A DNA stretch of 64,000 nucleotides from a virus (IMGVR_UViG_3300026488_000246:19463-83462); one strand, 5' to 3'. Positions 1 through 8,965 are shown, counted from the first letter of the stretch. Numbers and translations are program-made. Notes: generated from the sequence alone by a model not told the origin.

Positions 1-650
1 TGAAACTTACACAAGAATTCTACACACCAAGAGAAGTAGCTGAATTGATTGGTGTTTCACCAGATACAATTAGAATCTGGATTAACAATGGAACTATTTC
101 GAGTGAGCATGTTATTCGGTTAAAAACTGGGAGAATCAAGATTACACGACAAGGGGTAATGAATCTTCTATCACAAAAAGGTATTGATGTTGAAAAGAAA
201 ACTGTAGTTTATGCAAGAGAAAGGTCCTCTCATCAGAAAGAAAGTTTAAAGAAGCAAGTAGATGCTTTAATAGATTGGGCAAATCATAACGGATATCGAG
301 TTGATGAAGTCATAACAGATTTAGCATCAGGCATGAATTTCAATAGACCTGGATTGCATAAACTTATTGATATGGCAGAAAAAGGTGAATTGCGTTATGT
401 AATCATAGCTTATAAAGACAGACTAGCTAGATTTGGATTTGAATTCATACAATGGTTGCTCAACAAACATGGATGTGAAGTTATAATTGTCAATCAGTTA
501 GAAGACAAACCAAATTCTCAATCTGAGATCGTAGAAGATATGATTGCTATCATTCATTATTTTGCAATGAAATTATATGGAGCAAGAAGTTATAAAAGAA
601 AAGCAAAAACCATTGAGGAGTGTATACTCAATGAAGCTAAGAAGAGTTGA
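1..650 (+). CDS. tnpA: IS607-family transposase TnpA (MerR-like HTH + serine recombinase); start codon lies one base before the window
   Basis: Frame open from base 3 (..KLTQEFYTPREVAELIGVSPDTIRIW HTH), then VVYARERS, DLASGMNFNRPGL, AYKDRLARFGF resolvase motifs and EIVEDMIAIIHYFAMKLYG tail typical of IS607 TnpA. Confidence 0.9.
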   Translation, partial: KLTQEFYTPREVAELIGVSPDTIRIWINNGTISSEHVIRLKTGRIKITRQGVMNLLSQKGIDVEKKTVVYARERSSHQKESLKKQVDALIDWANHNGYRVDEVITDLASGMNFNRPGLHKLIDMAEKGELRYVIIAYKDRLARFGFEFIQWLLNKHGCEVIIVNQLEDKPNSQSEIVEDMIAIIHYFAMKLYGARSYKRKAKTIEECILNEAKKS

Positions 651-2010
651 TAAATTCAGGATTAAGTACAATGAGTTACAACATGCATATTTTACTACAG
701 TTGCTAAACGTTATACATTTTGCTTAAACCTTTTATCCGAATGGTTGTACTTCTACATCAATAAGAGGAATCAAGAATGGTTTGATTTGCTTGAATATAA
801 AATATTTAGAAACGATTATTCAATGATGAAAGGTTTTCCTTACAAGCTTTATATGCATTTCAAGAATCAGCTACCTACTTCAATGAATCAGAATCTGTTT
901 CGAGAAGCATTACAGATTGCTAGATCCAGGAGATCAATGGACAAAATCTATCATTCTAGAATTTCCTATTTTGGCTTTACCTATACGAATATAAGTAAAT
1001 CTAACTCTAATGTGTTTCTACTTCCAAGATCCAAATATCTTCGTAAATGCTTTCCAAAGGTTTATCTAACAATACCTCAATCCGTTATAAACCATCTTAA
1101 ATCCGAAACGAATAGATACCATTTTCAGTTTCGTTTCATCAATGGCCAATGGTGGTGTTATATTAACAAGCAAATCAATGTGCAACATGATAATACCACA
1201 AAAGAACGAATATTTGCTGCTATAGATCTGAATATGAATGATATTGCATTTATTGATGAAGTTACAAAACAACCAGTTCTTCTGTCTTTAAAGCATATCA
1301 TATGGAAATCGATAAAACTTTTCAAGAAGTATCAAAAGGCTCAATCATGCAATAACAACAAACTTTCAAAGGTTTACAGATACAAAATTAAACGTCTCTT
1401 TGAGGAGACATTCAAACTTTATGCAATACGCATCATTCAACATTGTAAATCTGTTGGTGTAAACAGATTGGCTATCGGAAGTGTAAAACCTACATTATCA
1501 AAGAAGGAACTTTCCAGAATGTTAAGACGTCTTTGGAATATGATTCCATGGACATACTTTATTGACTATCTGAAACATTATGGAGAGAAATTTGGGATCT
1601 TTGTTTACAAAATTAATGAGGCTTATACATCCAAAGCATCAGCTCTTGATAATGATCCTCTTCCAGAAAGAAAGTCTTCAATAAGTTTTTCAGGTAGAAG
1701 AATTTCTCGTGGTTTGTACCAGACATCTGATGGTACTGTCATTCATGCAGATGTCAATGCATCCGCAAATATTCTCAGAAGGGCTGCACAAAGATTCAAT
1801 AAAGCTATTACTTTTACAAAGAACCAACTCTCTGCAGTCAGGAGAGTTGGTTGTCAGTTGTTGAATCAAATGAAACTTTCAGAAGCAATTGAATTTAAGA
1901 AACTCAAAGATTACATAGCCAACCCAGGCAAGTTCTATACAGAACTTGTCAGGTTGGTAAAGAGCAGTCACCGCGTACCTGCATTCCAGAACTTCATGCT
2001 TTCTAATTGA
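631..2010 (+). CDS. tnpB: TnpB RNA-guided RuvC nuclease (IS607-associated)
   Basis: RuvC motifs AAIDLN, INEAYTSK, HADVNASANI; directly overlaps tnpA 3' end; ATG 631 preferred over ORF-track start 577. Confidence 0.9.
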   Translation: MKLRRVDKFRIKYNELQHAYFTTVAKRYTFCLNLLSEWLYFYINKRNQEWFDLLEYKIFRNDYSMMKGFPYKLYMHFKNQLPTSMNQNLFREALQIARSRRSMDKIYHSRISYFGFTYTNISKSNSNVFLLPRSKYLRKCFPKVYLTIPQSVINHLKSETNRYHFQFRFINGQWWCYINKQINVQHDNTTKERIFAAIDLNMNDIAFIDEVTKQPVLLSLKHIIWKSIKLFKKYQKAQSCNNNKLSKVYRYKIKRLFEETFKLYAIRIIQHCKSVGVNRLAIGSVKPTLSKKELSRMLRRLWNMIPWTYFIDYLKHYGEKFGIFVYKINEAYTSKASALDNDPLPERKSSISFSGRRISRGLYQTSDGTVIHADVNASANILRRAAQRFNKAITFTKNQLSAVRRVGCQLLNQMKLSEAIEFKKLKDYIANPGKFYTELVRLVKSSHRVPAFQNFMLSN

Positions 2011-2064
2011 AATTCTGGTTTAAGGTACGCATATCTAGGTCAACCTGTGAATGCAGATCTTCAA
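1921..2064 (+). ncRNA. Predicted TnpB omega/reRNA scaffold plus flanking guide
   Basis: Hairpin GGCAAGTTCT/AGAACTTGTC (1927-1950) and nested stems GCGTACCT/AGGTACGC (1973-1980/2023-2030) and CCAGAA/TTCTGG (1986-1991/2013-2018) overlapping the tnpB stop; boundaries are approximate. Confidence 0.55.
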
Positions 2065-2589
2065 GAGACTATTGTAGGAATTTTCTTTGTAGCTCTTTTT
2101 TCATCTCCATTGTTAATGGGTATAATATTTTACGATGAAGGGATAAGTCATTTACGACGTGATAGGCTGAAACTTTTCAAAGGTATATTTCAACATAAAG
2201 ATATTATTGATGTTATTGTCAGACTTGCAAAACTTTCTGATGAAATTAGAGTAAACATAGATGACGATATCATATCAATTGTTGAGACACCTGAATTCAT
2301 AGATCCATTCCTTGCTAAATTCGATAAACTGCTCCCATACATTTTGAGAGATATGGATCTGCAGGATGATTGTCCAGTGATGTTAAATGACAAAGAAAAG
2401 AAGTCAGTTTTAGTAAATTGGATTTTGTATTGGATCATGCCTATGAATCATCCTAATCTTCCTGAATTTAGGGAGAAGATACACAGCATAATTGAGCAGG
2501 CTCATAGAAGATACATAAAAAGCATATGCAGAAACTCTTGGAAAGTTCGGGAAAATCATAGAGATAAGTTAAAGAAACTAGCACAGTAA
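2047..2589 (+). CDS. Hypothetical membrane-anchored protein (paralogue of 2613-3368); possibly 5'-truncated by the IS
   Basis: N-terminal hydrophobic segment; FIDPFLAKFDKLLPYILRDM..NWILYWI shared with next gene; GTG start with no clear RBS. Confidence 0.7.
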   Translation: MNADLQETIVGIFFVALFSSPLLMGIIFYDEGISHLRRDRLKLFKGIFQHKDIIDVIVRLAKLSDEIRVNIDDDIISIVETPEFIDPFLAKFDKLLPYILRDMDLQDDCPVMLNDKEKKSVLVNWILYWIMPMNHPNLPEFREKIHSIIEQAHRRYIKSICRNSWKVRENHRDKLKKLAQ

Positions 2590-2612
2590 GTTTTTCGCAG
2601 AAGGAGGTTGAA

Positions 2613-3368
2613 ATGGAATCTCCGTCTTTCATTTCTATATTGATTAAGACAGGGATTGTTATTCTTCTACTCGATATTTTTCATCTGTATGTGTTAAAAT
2701 CTAGACTATCATCTATAAAAAGCTTCATTTTTCATCCAAATCGCCTTTTGTATGCTTTACTTGCAGTTATGTTGTCACCGGTAATTTATCTTAGCTGGTG
2801 TTTCATACAGAATAAACAAGAAAAATCTGTTATGTTTCTAGGTTATCCTATGAATGTAAGTATGGCTGAGATGATGATAGTGATAAGCTTTACTATGACT
2901 ACAATACTGTTATGCATATTGATGTATGTAGAAGAATTAGAAGAAACTTATCTACATCTTGATAGATTGAATCTTCTTAGAAAACTATCGCATTCAAGTC
3001 AGATCATTGATAAACTCGTAGAACTCGCCGAAATGGATGCGGATATTAAAGATATTACGCATATTGTTGAGAAACCGTTGTTTATAGGTCCATTTCTTAC
3101 AAATTTTGACAGATTACTTCCATACATCCTTGTCGATATGGGATTTAGTAAGGATTATCCTGTCTTATTAGAAGATGAAGAAAAGAGACCAATTCTGATA
3201 AACTGGATCTTGTATTGGATCTCATACCCTCGGTCAGAATGTTCCAAATTCTCTGAGAAAATTCAATCCTTAATCAAGAGAGCTAATGAAAGATATAAGA
3301 AGAAATACGTACATGAAATAACAAATCAACTGGAATCTCAAAGAGATAATCTGAAGAGATTGACGTAG
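2613..3368 (+). CDS. Hypothetical multi-pass membrane protein (paralogue of 2047-2589)
   Basis: RBS AGGAGG; three hydrophobic segments then FIGPFLTNFDRLLPYILVDM..NWILYWI. Confidence 0.8.
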   Translation: MESPSFISILIKTGIVILLLDIFHLYVLKSRLSSIKSFIFHPNRLLYALLAVMLSPVIYLSWCFIQNKQEKSVMFLGYPMNVSMAEMMIVISFTMTTILLCILMYVEELEETYLHLDRLNLLRKLSHSSQIIDKLVELAEMDADIKDITHIVEKPLFIGPFLTNFDRLLPYILVDMGFSKDYPVLLEDEEKRPILINWILYWISYPRSECSKFSEKIQSLIKRANERYKKKYVHEITNQLESQRDNLKRLT

Positions 3369-3397
3369 AGAACCACAAACTTTAGCAGGAGGTCAAT

Positions 3398-3949
3398 ATG
3401 GTTGAATTAGAGAGTACTAAATGGTACAAACAGAAACTTGAAGAGCTTACTAACAATGAAAATGATGAGAATAACGATGATACACGTAACGTACCCATAA
3501 ATGATACATCCATTTATAACATCAGAGAGTCTTATGAACTCTATAGAAAACATGTACTTGAACCTTTAGTTGAAATATGTAATGAATTGCTCGAAACATT
3601 CAAAGTTGAATTAATTGAAACGTTTAGGCGTGATATTGATAAGTTTGCATGTAGAGATATGAGTTTATCGTCCAATGATGCAAGACTTCTCGAGATGTAC
3701 TACCAATGTAAACCTAAGATACAAGCTATAAATGATTCGCTTATGTTCATTTGGAAACACGATGTCTTTACTGATCTTATTGATTTCGTTATAATTAGAC
3801 CGAAATTCATACCAGATTTCATTAGAGTTTTGAGAAACAATTTCATGGGCCTTATTCCAGGAATTGAGAAACGACTTGATGAAATAGCCGATTACGCCAG
3901 AAGTTTACGCAAGGTTAAAGATGGTAAACGGAATCAGCAAGGTAAGTAG
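3398..3949 (+). CDS. Hypothetical protein
   Basis: RBS AGGAGG, 183-aa ORF with genome-typical codon usage. Confidence 0.75.
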   Translation: MVELESTKWYKQKLEELTNNENDENNDDTRNVPINDTSIYNIRESYELYRKHVLEPLVEICNELLETFKVELIETFRRDIDKFACRDMSLSSNDARLLEMYYQCKPKIQAINDSLMFIWKHDVFTDLIDFVIIRPKFIPDFIRVLRNNFMGLIPGIEKRLDEIADYARSLRKVKDGKRNQQGK

Positions 3950-4016
3950 ACAGCGTCATCTTACGTGAATGATAGATTTCAATCTCTAGCAAAATCTCAA
4001 TACAAGGAGATGTAGT

Positions 4017-4142
4017 ATGTGTGGAATAGTTGGTTGTTTCACAAGAGAAGGTGCAGTTGATAAGGATGTTATCAGAATCTTATTCAAACACAATGAAAAA
4101 AGAGGAAGAGATGGTTGGGGTTACGTAGTTTGTGATACATAA
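4017..4142 (+). pseudogene. 5' fragment (41 codons) of a second allele of the amidotransferase at 4831
   Basis: MCGIVGCFTREGAVDKDVIRILFKHNEKRGRDGWGYVVCDT* with RBS AAGGAG; 15 nt differences over 123 nt versus 4831-4953. Confidence 0.9.
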
Positions 4143-4238
4143 AAAAGTATATGCAGAAACTCTTGGAAAATTCGGGGAACCATAAAGATAAGTTAAAGAA
4201 ACTAGCACAGTAAGTTTTCGTAAGAGAGGTATGAAATG
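4134..4238 (+). repeat. Diverged copy of 2510-2615 (3' end of the 2047 gene plus downstream RBS)
   Basis: Shared GATACATAAAA..ATATGCAGAAACTCTTGGAAA..GATAAGTTAAAGAAACTAGCACAGTAAGTTTT..GAGG..GAAATG. Confidence 0.9.
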
Positions 4239-4673
4239 CTGGTTGCGATAGATTTGATTCGTATTATGGTCGATAAACTACGCGAAGATTATAAAGAGCG
4301 CGAATTGACTATGTTGTTAGGTCTATCCTACATAGTAGGCTGTTTAATCGGATTGGCAATCCTCGTTTTAGTTAGCATACTCTCAAACTATAGTCCTATG
4401 ATGGGTATTATGGAAGTTTTCCTGTTTGGGTTTTGCGTATCCATAATTACCTTCCCTCATATATTGGACGATATGGAATTGATGCCCAACAGCCTTTTGG
4501 AACCACTATTGGTTTCAGGTATTATCGGGACTTTCGCTGGAATAACAGCTTTCGGTTTTGAGATAGGTTGGTTTATTTGTAGACTATGTACAAAACTGTA
4601 TCGTGGATTAGAAATGAGTCTTCGTAGAGAAGAATCTAATAAGGAAAAGTTAAGTAATCTCTCCGATAAATGA
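4236..4673 (+). CDS. Hypothetical multi-pass membrane protein
   Basis: Three to four hydrophobic segments; ends NKEKLSNLSDK resembling the tails of the 2047 and 2613 genes. Confidence 0.75.
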   Translation: MLVAIDLIRIMVDKLREDYKERELTMLLGLSYIVGCLIGLAILVLVSILSNYSPMMGIMEVFLFGFCVSIITFPHILDDMELMPNSLLEPLLVSGIIGTFAGITAFGFEIGWFICRLCTKLYRGLEMSLRREESNKEKLSNLSDK

Positions 4674-4676
4674 GGG

Positions 4677-4770
4677 ATGGTTAAACTTGAAGGATGTTTC
4701 AGCAGGATTTGTCACTAATTCATCACGGGCTGCTATATACACTTTCTTGAAGAGGCTGAGCTTTACTTAA
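4677..4770 (+). pseudogene. Possible frameshifted remnant of a small phage protein with a GFVTNSS N-terminal motif
   Basis: ATG 4677 after GAGGG; removing one base gives MVKLKDVSAGFVTNSSRAAIYTF, resembling the common phage MKIRxGFVSNSSS start. Confidence 0.3.
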
Positions 4771-4830
4771 GACAGCTTTAAGAATGCTAAATTTATAAAC
4801 CAATGAATTCTTCTGACCGAGGTGATGTAC

Positions 4831-5589
4831 ATGTGTGGAATAGTTGGTTGTTTCACAAGAGAAGGTGTAGTTGACAAGGATGTCATTAAAATCCTATTCA
4901 AGCATAACGAAAAAAGAGGCAGAGATGGTTGGGGATATGCTGTTTGTGATACTGTTACAGGAAATATTATGCAATGGTACAAGACTGCTAAAGCATTTTC
5001 TGAAGATAGAGTGGAAGATGCCTTACCAGACACCTTATATCATAGACAATTATTGATCGGTATATGCAGGGCTAAACCGGAAACAGAAGTTGAAACAAGA
5101 GAAGAAGATCTTGATAGAACTATGCAACCAATAATCAGAGATGATTGCATACTAGTTCACAATGGTTCAATTAACACTTACTATGATAATTGCGAATCTT
5201 GGAAAGAAACAGATATAGATTCTGAATGTATCATCTATCAATACAGAAAGAGAGGATTTCCAAAGTTTGTAGAGCATATACCAGGTGGATTTGCATTCAT
5301 TCTATTTGACCAGATATCAAGGCAATTAGTAGTAGGCGTTAATCACATGCCTCTATATCACATGTATATCAAAGGAATTGGTTACTTTATTTCATCAGTC
5401 AAAGAAGCTTTGGATGAAATACTTGATTACTATTACCATGTAAAACATGATGGTTTGAATCTTTGGGAAGCTTGGTATCACACAGAAGTTACAGCATTTA
5501 CGGTAAGGCAGATTGATTTAGATTCTGGAATGGATAAGTGGCATACATTCAAACCACTGTATCTTCTACCTAATGAAAAGATTAGCTAA
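4831..5589 (+). CDS. Class II (Ntn) glutamine amidotransferase, stand-alone Gat domain resembling that of Gat-QueC
   Basis: N-terminal MCG nucleophile, EKRGRDGWG, GICRAKPETE, TMQP, LVHNGSI, TDIDSE; RBS GAGGTG places start at 4831. Confidence 0.85.
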   Translation: MCGIVGCFTREGVVDKDVIKILFKHNEKRGRDGWGYAVCDTVTGNIMQWYKTAKAFSEDRVEDALPDTLYHRQLLIGICRAKPETEVETREEDLDRTMQPIIRDDCILVHNGSINTYYDNCESWKETDIDSECIIYQYRKRGFPKFVEHIPGGFAFILFDQISRQLVVGVNHMPLYHMYIKGIGYFISSVKEALDEILDYYYHVKHDGLNLWEAWYHTEVTAFTVRQIDLDSGMDKWHTFKPLYLLPNEKIS

Positions 5590-5617
5590 TGAAAACAACT
5601 TCAAAAGGAGGTATGAG

Positions 5618-6364
5618 ATGTCAAAGGTCTATACGGTTAAAGGATTCAAAGAAAACGATTTCGTAACACTTACTTTTGTACCAGATTTAGGGCTTTCACT
5701 TTTAGCTAGTATCGGAAACTTTTCAGCAACTAAAACTATGGTTAGTCAACCACAACCATTGGAAAGCTTAATTATCGAAGCTGATGAAAATCGTTATGAG
5801 CTTGTAAAGAATGCTTCACCTCATGGTGTTTCGCGAAATGTGATTAGGAAAGTTGTAGAAGCAATAGGCAATCTTGATGGATTGCTTAATCCAGATTTCA
5901 AAAGGTTATCCGGATTAAGGGAGTTAGTAAAGAACGATTTAGAACCTTCAGATATTACAACACATCAACTACTGAAAGTAGCATATTTTGATGAGCGTAG
6001 CAAAAAGTATGCTACTGTTACATTTCGAGTTCCAACTTTTCCGAAATGTTATGAAATCATAGAGAAAGTTGCAAATGATGTCTATGAATTCCAACTACCA
6101 AATGGAGAAATAAACATACCTCATCCAGTTGTGTATGCATTAGCTACAAACAGTCTATTTAATGCAGAAACTTCAAATACAGAAAAATTATCGGTGACGT
6201 TTACAAACGAACAAACAGTCATGCTTCATTCAGACTCAGAGCAAACATTCCCAAGGCGAATTCAAGATATAGTTATCACTGGAAATGCAATACTTTATGC
6301 AAACTATGAGTTTGTTACTAGTTGGAGAGTTTCACCAACAGATCGGTGGGTATATATCAAGTAA
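5618..6364 (+). CDS. Hypothetical protein
   Basis: RBS AGGAGG before ATG 5618; long ORF. Confidence 0.75.
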   Translation: MSKVYTVKGFKENDFVTLTFVPDLGLSLLASIGNFSATKTMVSQPQPLESLIIEADENRYELVKNASPHGVSRNVIRKVVEAIGNLDGLLNPDFKRLSGLRELVKNDLEPSDITTHQLLKVAYFDERSKKYATVTFRVPTFPKCYEIIEKVANDVYEFQLPNGEINIPHPVVYALATNSLFNAETSNTEKLSVTFTNEQTVMLHSDSEQTFPRRIQDIVITGNAILYANYEFVTSWRVSPTDRWVYIK

Positions 6365-6380
6365 GTTAAAGAGGTCATGA

Positions 6381-6599
6381 ATGAAATTCGTTTTGGTTTA
6401 TGATGAGTATGGGAACGACAGTCTTGAGACATGGACTCTTTATGCTACCAAGATTCCACAATTACCAGATGAAATAGACGATAACTTTATCGATGAGCAT
6501 TTTGTTAGAATAGTAGAATCTCAATGCTCTATGGACGGAAATATTGATGCTTGTTATGAACGATTTAGTGATGATTCTAAATACCATAGAGTATACTAG
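6381..6599 (+). CDS. Small acidic hypothetical protein
   Basis: RBS GAGGT; 72 aa. Confidence 0.65.
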   Translation: MKFVLVYDEYGNDSLETWTLYATKIPQLPDEIDDNFIDEHFVRIVESQCSMDGNIDACYERFSDDSKYHRVY

Positions 6600-6604
6600 T
6601 ATCA

Positions 6605-6637
6605 TGGGGACTAGGTCGTTCTTAGGCCTAGTCCCCA
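6605..6637 (+). terminator. Intergenic hairpin (terminator-like)
   Basis: TGGGGACTAGGTC / GGCCTAGTCCCCA stem; no U-tract. Confidence 0.6.
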
Positions 6638-6668
6638 ATAAACTAATTCAATTCCCTAAGGAGTTGCG

Positions 6669-7112
6669 ATGAGTGCACAACCTGAAAAACACGAAATCTT
6701 TGATTGGGAGCTACCTTTCAAATTTGGTGAGAATGAATTTGAAACTGAAAGATGGTGTGTCTTAGAAGAGTTTCATATGCCGTTACTTTTCATATCTGAG
6801 AGTGGAAACTTGCTATTGCTTCTAGAAGAAGGAGATGACTACGAAGATGAATGGTTGTTAATTAAGTGTCCTATAGCTTTAGCTATTCAATATTTAGCTG
6901 GTTCAAAAAGCTTACATGATTTGATTTTCAATTCAGCAACAGATGTTTATCGTGTGCTTTGGAACGTTAACAAAGATCACCTTGATGTTGTAGAGAAAAT
7001 TTCTTCAGACAAACGTTTGGAGTATCTTATAGCAGGGCTTGACTTAACCTCAAAAATTTATAGGACCAACAAAACAGAATCTCTTTTGAAGTTTTTCACT
7101 CAAGAGGTTTAG
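6669..7112 (+). CDS. Hypothetical protein, DUF6575-like pattern
   Basis: LEEFHMPLLF..EWLL..YLAGSKSLHDLI pattern recalled from that family; not verified. Confidence 0.45.
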   Translation: MSAQPEKHEIFDWELPFKFGENEFETERWCVLEEFHMPLLFISESGNLLLLLEEGDDYEDEWLLIKCPIALAIQYLAGSKSLHDLIFNSATDVYRVLWNVNKDHLDVVEKISSDKRLEYLIAGLDLTSKIYRTNKTESLLKFFTQEV

Positions 7113-7147
7113 TTTCGAGTAAAGATTCATTTATATTTTATCAGAAA

Positions 7148-7184
7148 GAGGATCAGACAGTTTCTCTTGCTTAGCCTGATCCTC
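7148..7184 (+). terminator. Intergenic hairpin
   Basis: GAGGATCAG / CTGATCCTC perfect 9-bp stem. Confidence 0.5.
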
Positions 7185-7210
7185 GAAGAAACTTTAAAAG
7201 GAGGTACAGC

Positions 7211-7780
7211 ATGATGAAAATCAAAGAGAAAATGGAGAGGATCTGGGAGAATCGTCTTAAACTTGCTCTCTCCCTATTTGGAGTAAAGGAGCTAGAGGGT
7301 GAAAGACCTTTCCAACCTCATTCTGAAGAGGAGAGAAAGGTAATAGAATTTGTCAAGAAACAAGATCCAGATGTTAAGATTGTTGAAGTTCCAGGTCTAT
7401 CAGCTTTAGGTATTGTAGGTTTCTATGATGCACGCCATCACAAAGTCTTCATTGAATCTGAACTTTGTGGTTCAGCTCGCATCGGAGCATTACTACACGA
7501 ACTGGGTCACGCCTTAGACAGAGACTACTTCCTAACTAAAGCTGCTGATTATCCTGTAGATGTTGCTCGTCAGATTGGTGAACTAAGGGTTATCAAGAAG
7601 GCTTTCGAACTTGCTGAGGAAGCAGGTGTAAAGTTAACAAGACCAGTAGCAGCTGTCATTATAACAGACCCTGCTTACAAGCTTGGAGTAGCTCGTTATC
7701 TACTACCAATTGCAATCAAAGAAGGATTGAAAACTGTTTGGGGCTTATACAAATGGTTCTTCAATCCTTCTAAAGACTGA
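7211..7780 (+). CDS. Zincin-like metallopeptidase (ImmA/IrrE-like HExxH)
   Basis: GFYD..VFIE..ALLHELGHALD followed by a downstream Glu; RBS GGAGGT. Confidence 0.7.
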   Translation: MMKIKEKMERIWENRLKLALSLFGVKELEGERPFQPHSEEERKVIEFVKKQDPDVKIVEVPGLSALGIVGFYDARHHKVFIESELCGSARIGALLHELGHALDRDYFLTKAADYPVDVARQIGELRVIKKAFELAEEAGVKLTRPVAAVIITDPAYKLGVARYLLPIAIKEGLKTVWGLYKWFFNPSKD

Positions 7781-7800
7781 GGCCTTATGGCCTCATTTTT
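7778..7800 (+). terminator. Rho-independent terminator
   Basis: TGAGGCC-TTAT-GGCCTCA followed by TTTTT. Confidence 0.7.
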
Positions 7801-7852
7801 CTTATTAACAATGTATTTTATTCAACTTTGCAAACTAGAAAAGGAGGTAGAC

Positions 7853-8965
7853 ATGGAAAGAAAGACACAACCTGTAACAACCACATCAAATCAAACGGTA
7901 GCATCAACTGCAGTTGATCAGAAAACATTACAGAATCTTACAACTTTGAATGCTGATGACAAAATCAAAGTAGGAGAAGATGAGATTCAAAGGATTCTCA
8001 AGGATCCAGAAACATATGCTAAAGATCTACAAGAAACTATAGCTGCTGATGTTGCAATTATGAGATCCAAAACAATTCAGATTGCTGGCAAAGAATCTGA
8101 AGCTTTACAAAGAAATCTTGATGAATTACTTACAACATTAGACAACATTAAGCATAGCAATGATCCATGGTTTAAACAAGCTTTCAGGAAATGGTTTGGA
8201 ATTTTTAAGAAGACTGTTGAAGGTCCTGCAAGTCCTCAAGAAATTGTTGAGAAAATCAAAGAGGATCTTCTTCTACATAGAAAAAATGTGGAAGAAGTAA
8301 CAATTGACCTTATTCAGTTTGTGGAGAATGCTAAAATAGCAGATCAGAAACTAGAAAAAGCTATTCATGCTCTTTCAATAGCTGAGCAAAGAGCCACTCA
8401 TGCCTTAGATAACATTCCAAAAGATTCACCTCAAAGGATGATAGCAGAATCTAAACTTCATGCTATTCGTACTAGATTGCAAGATTTACATACTACTAAA
8501 GGAGTTGTTAATCAAGCAGAACTCACAGCATTACAAATCATTGAAACCAATAGGAAACTTATTGATGCTGTTGATAGGACTTTACATGTTGGAATGATTG
8601 CATTACAAGTATCATTAGCTATCACAGCTTCTCTGGATCAACAACAAAAAGCAATTGAAGCTGTAGCTGCAACAAGAGAATTCACTAATAGGTTGATTGA
8701 AAACAATGCTAGATTACTCAAGGAACAAACAAGAAGAACAGGAGAGCTTTACAAACAAGCACCTGTTGATCCTAAGAGACTTGAAAAGGCACTCAAGGAT
8801 ATTGTTAGCGCACAAGAGCAACTCAAGAAGATTAAGAAGGAAGCTTTACAGTTATCTAAGCAAAACATAGAGATTCTTGAGACTCTTGGGAAGAAGATAG
8901 ATCATTATAAAGGACCAATGAGAGAATCTGTGCTTGGGAACAATGATGAAATTACAATGGAGTAG
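7853..8965 (+). CDS. TelA/KlaB-family toxic anion resistance-like coiled-coil protein
   Basis: RLQDL..Q..L..IETNRKLIDAVDRT..LQVSLAI..QQQKAIEAVAATREFTNRLIENNARLLKEQT pattern; RBS AGGAGG before ATG 7853. Confidence 0.75.
   Translation: MERKTQPVTTTSNQTVASTAVDQKTLQNLTTLNADDKIKVGEDEIQRILKDPETYAKDLQETIAADVAIMRSKTIQIAGKESEALQRNLDELLTTLDNIKHSNDPWFKQAFRKWFGIFKKTVEGPASPQEIVEKIKEDLLLHRKNVEEVTIDLIQFVENAKIADQKLEKAIHALSIAEQRATHALDNIPKDSPQRMIAESKLHAIRTRLQDLHTTKGVVNQAELTALQIIETNRKLIDAVDRTLHVGMIALQVSLAITASLDQQQKAIEAVAATREFTNRLIENNARLLKEQTRRTGELYKQAPVDPKRLEKALKDIVSAQEQLKKIKKEALQLSKQNIEILETLGKKIDHYKGPMRESVLGNNDEITME

Larger units (their letters stand above)
1..2044 (+). mobile_element. IS607-family insertion sequence (left end outside the window; right end estimated near GGTCAAC at 2038-2044)
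   Basis: tnpA-tnpB pair followed by structured 3' region; exact right end is inferred, not proven. Confidence 0.75.
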
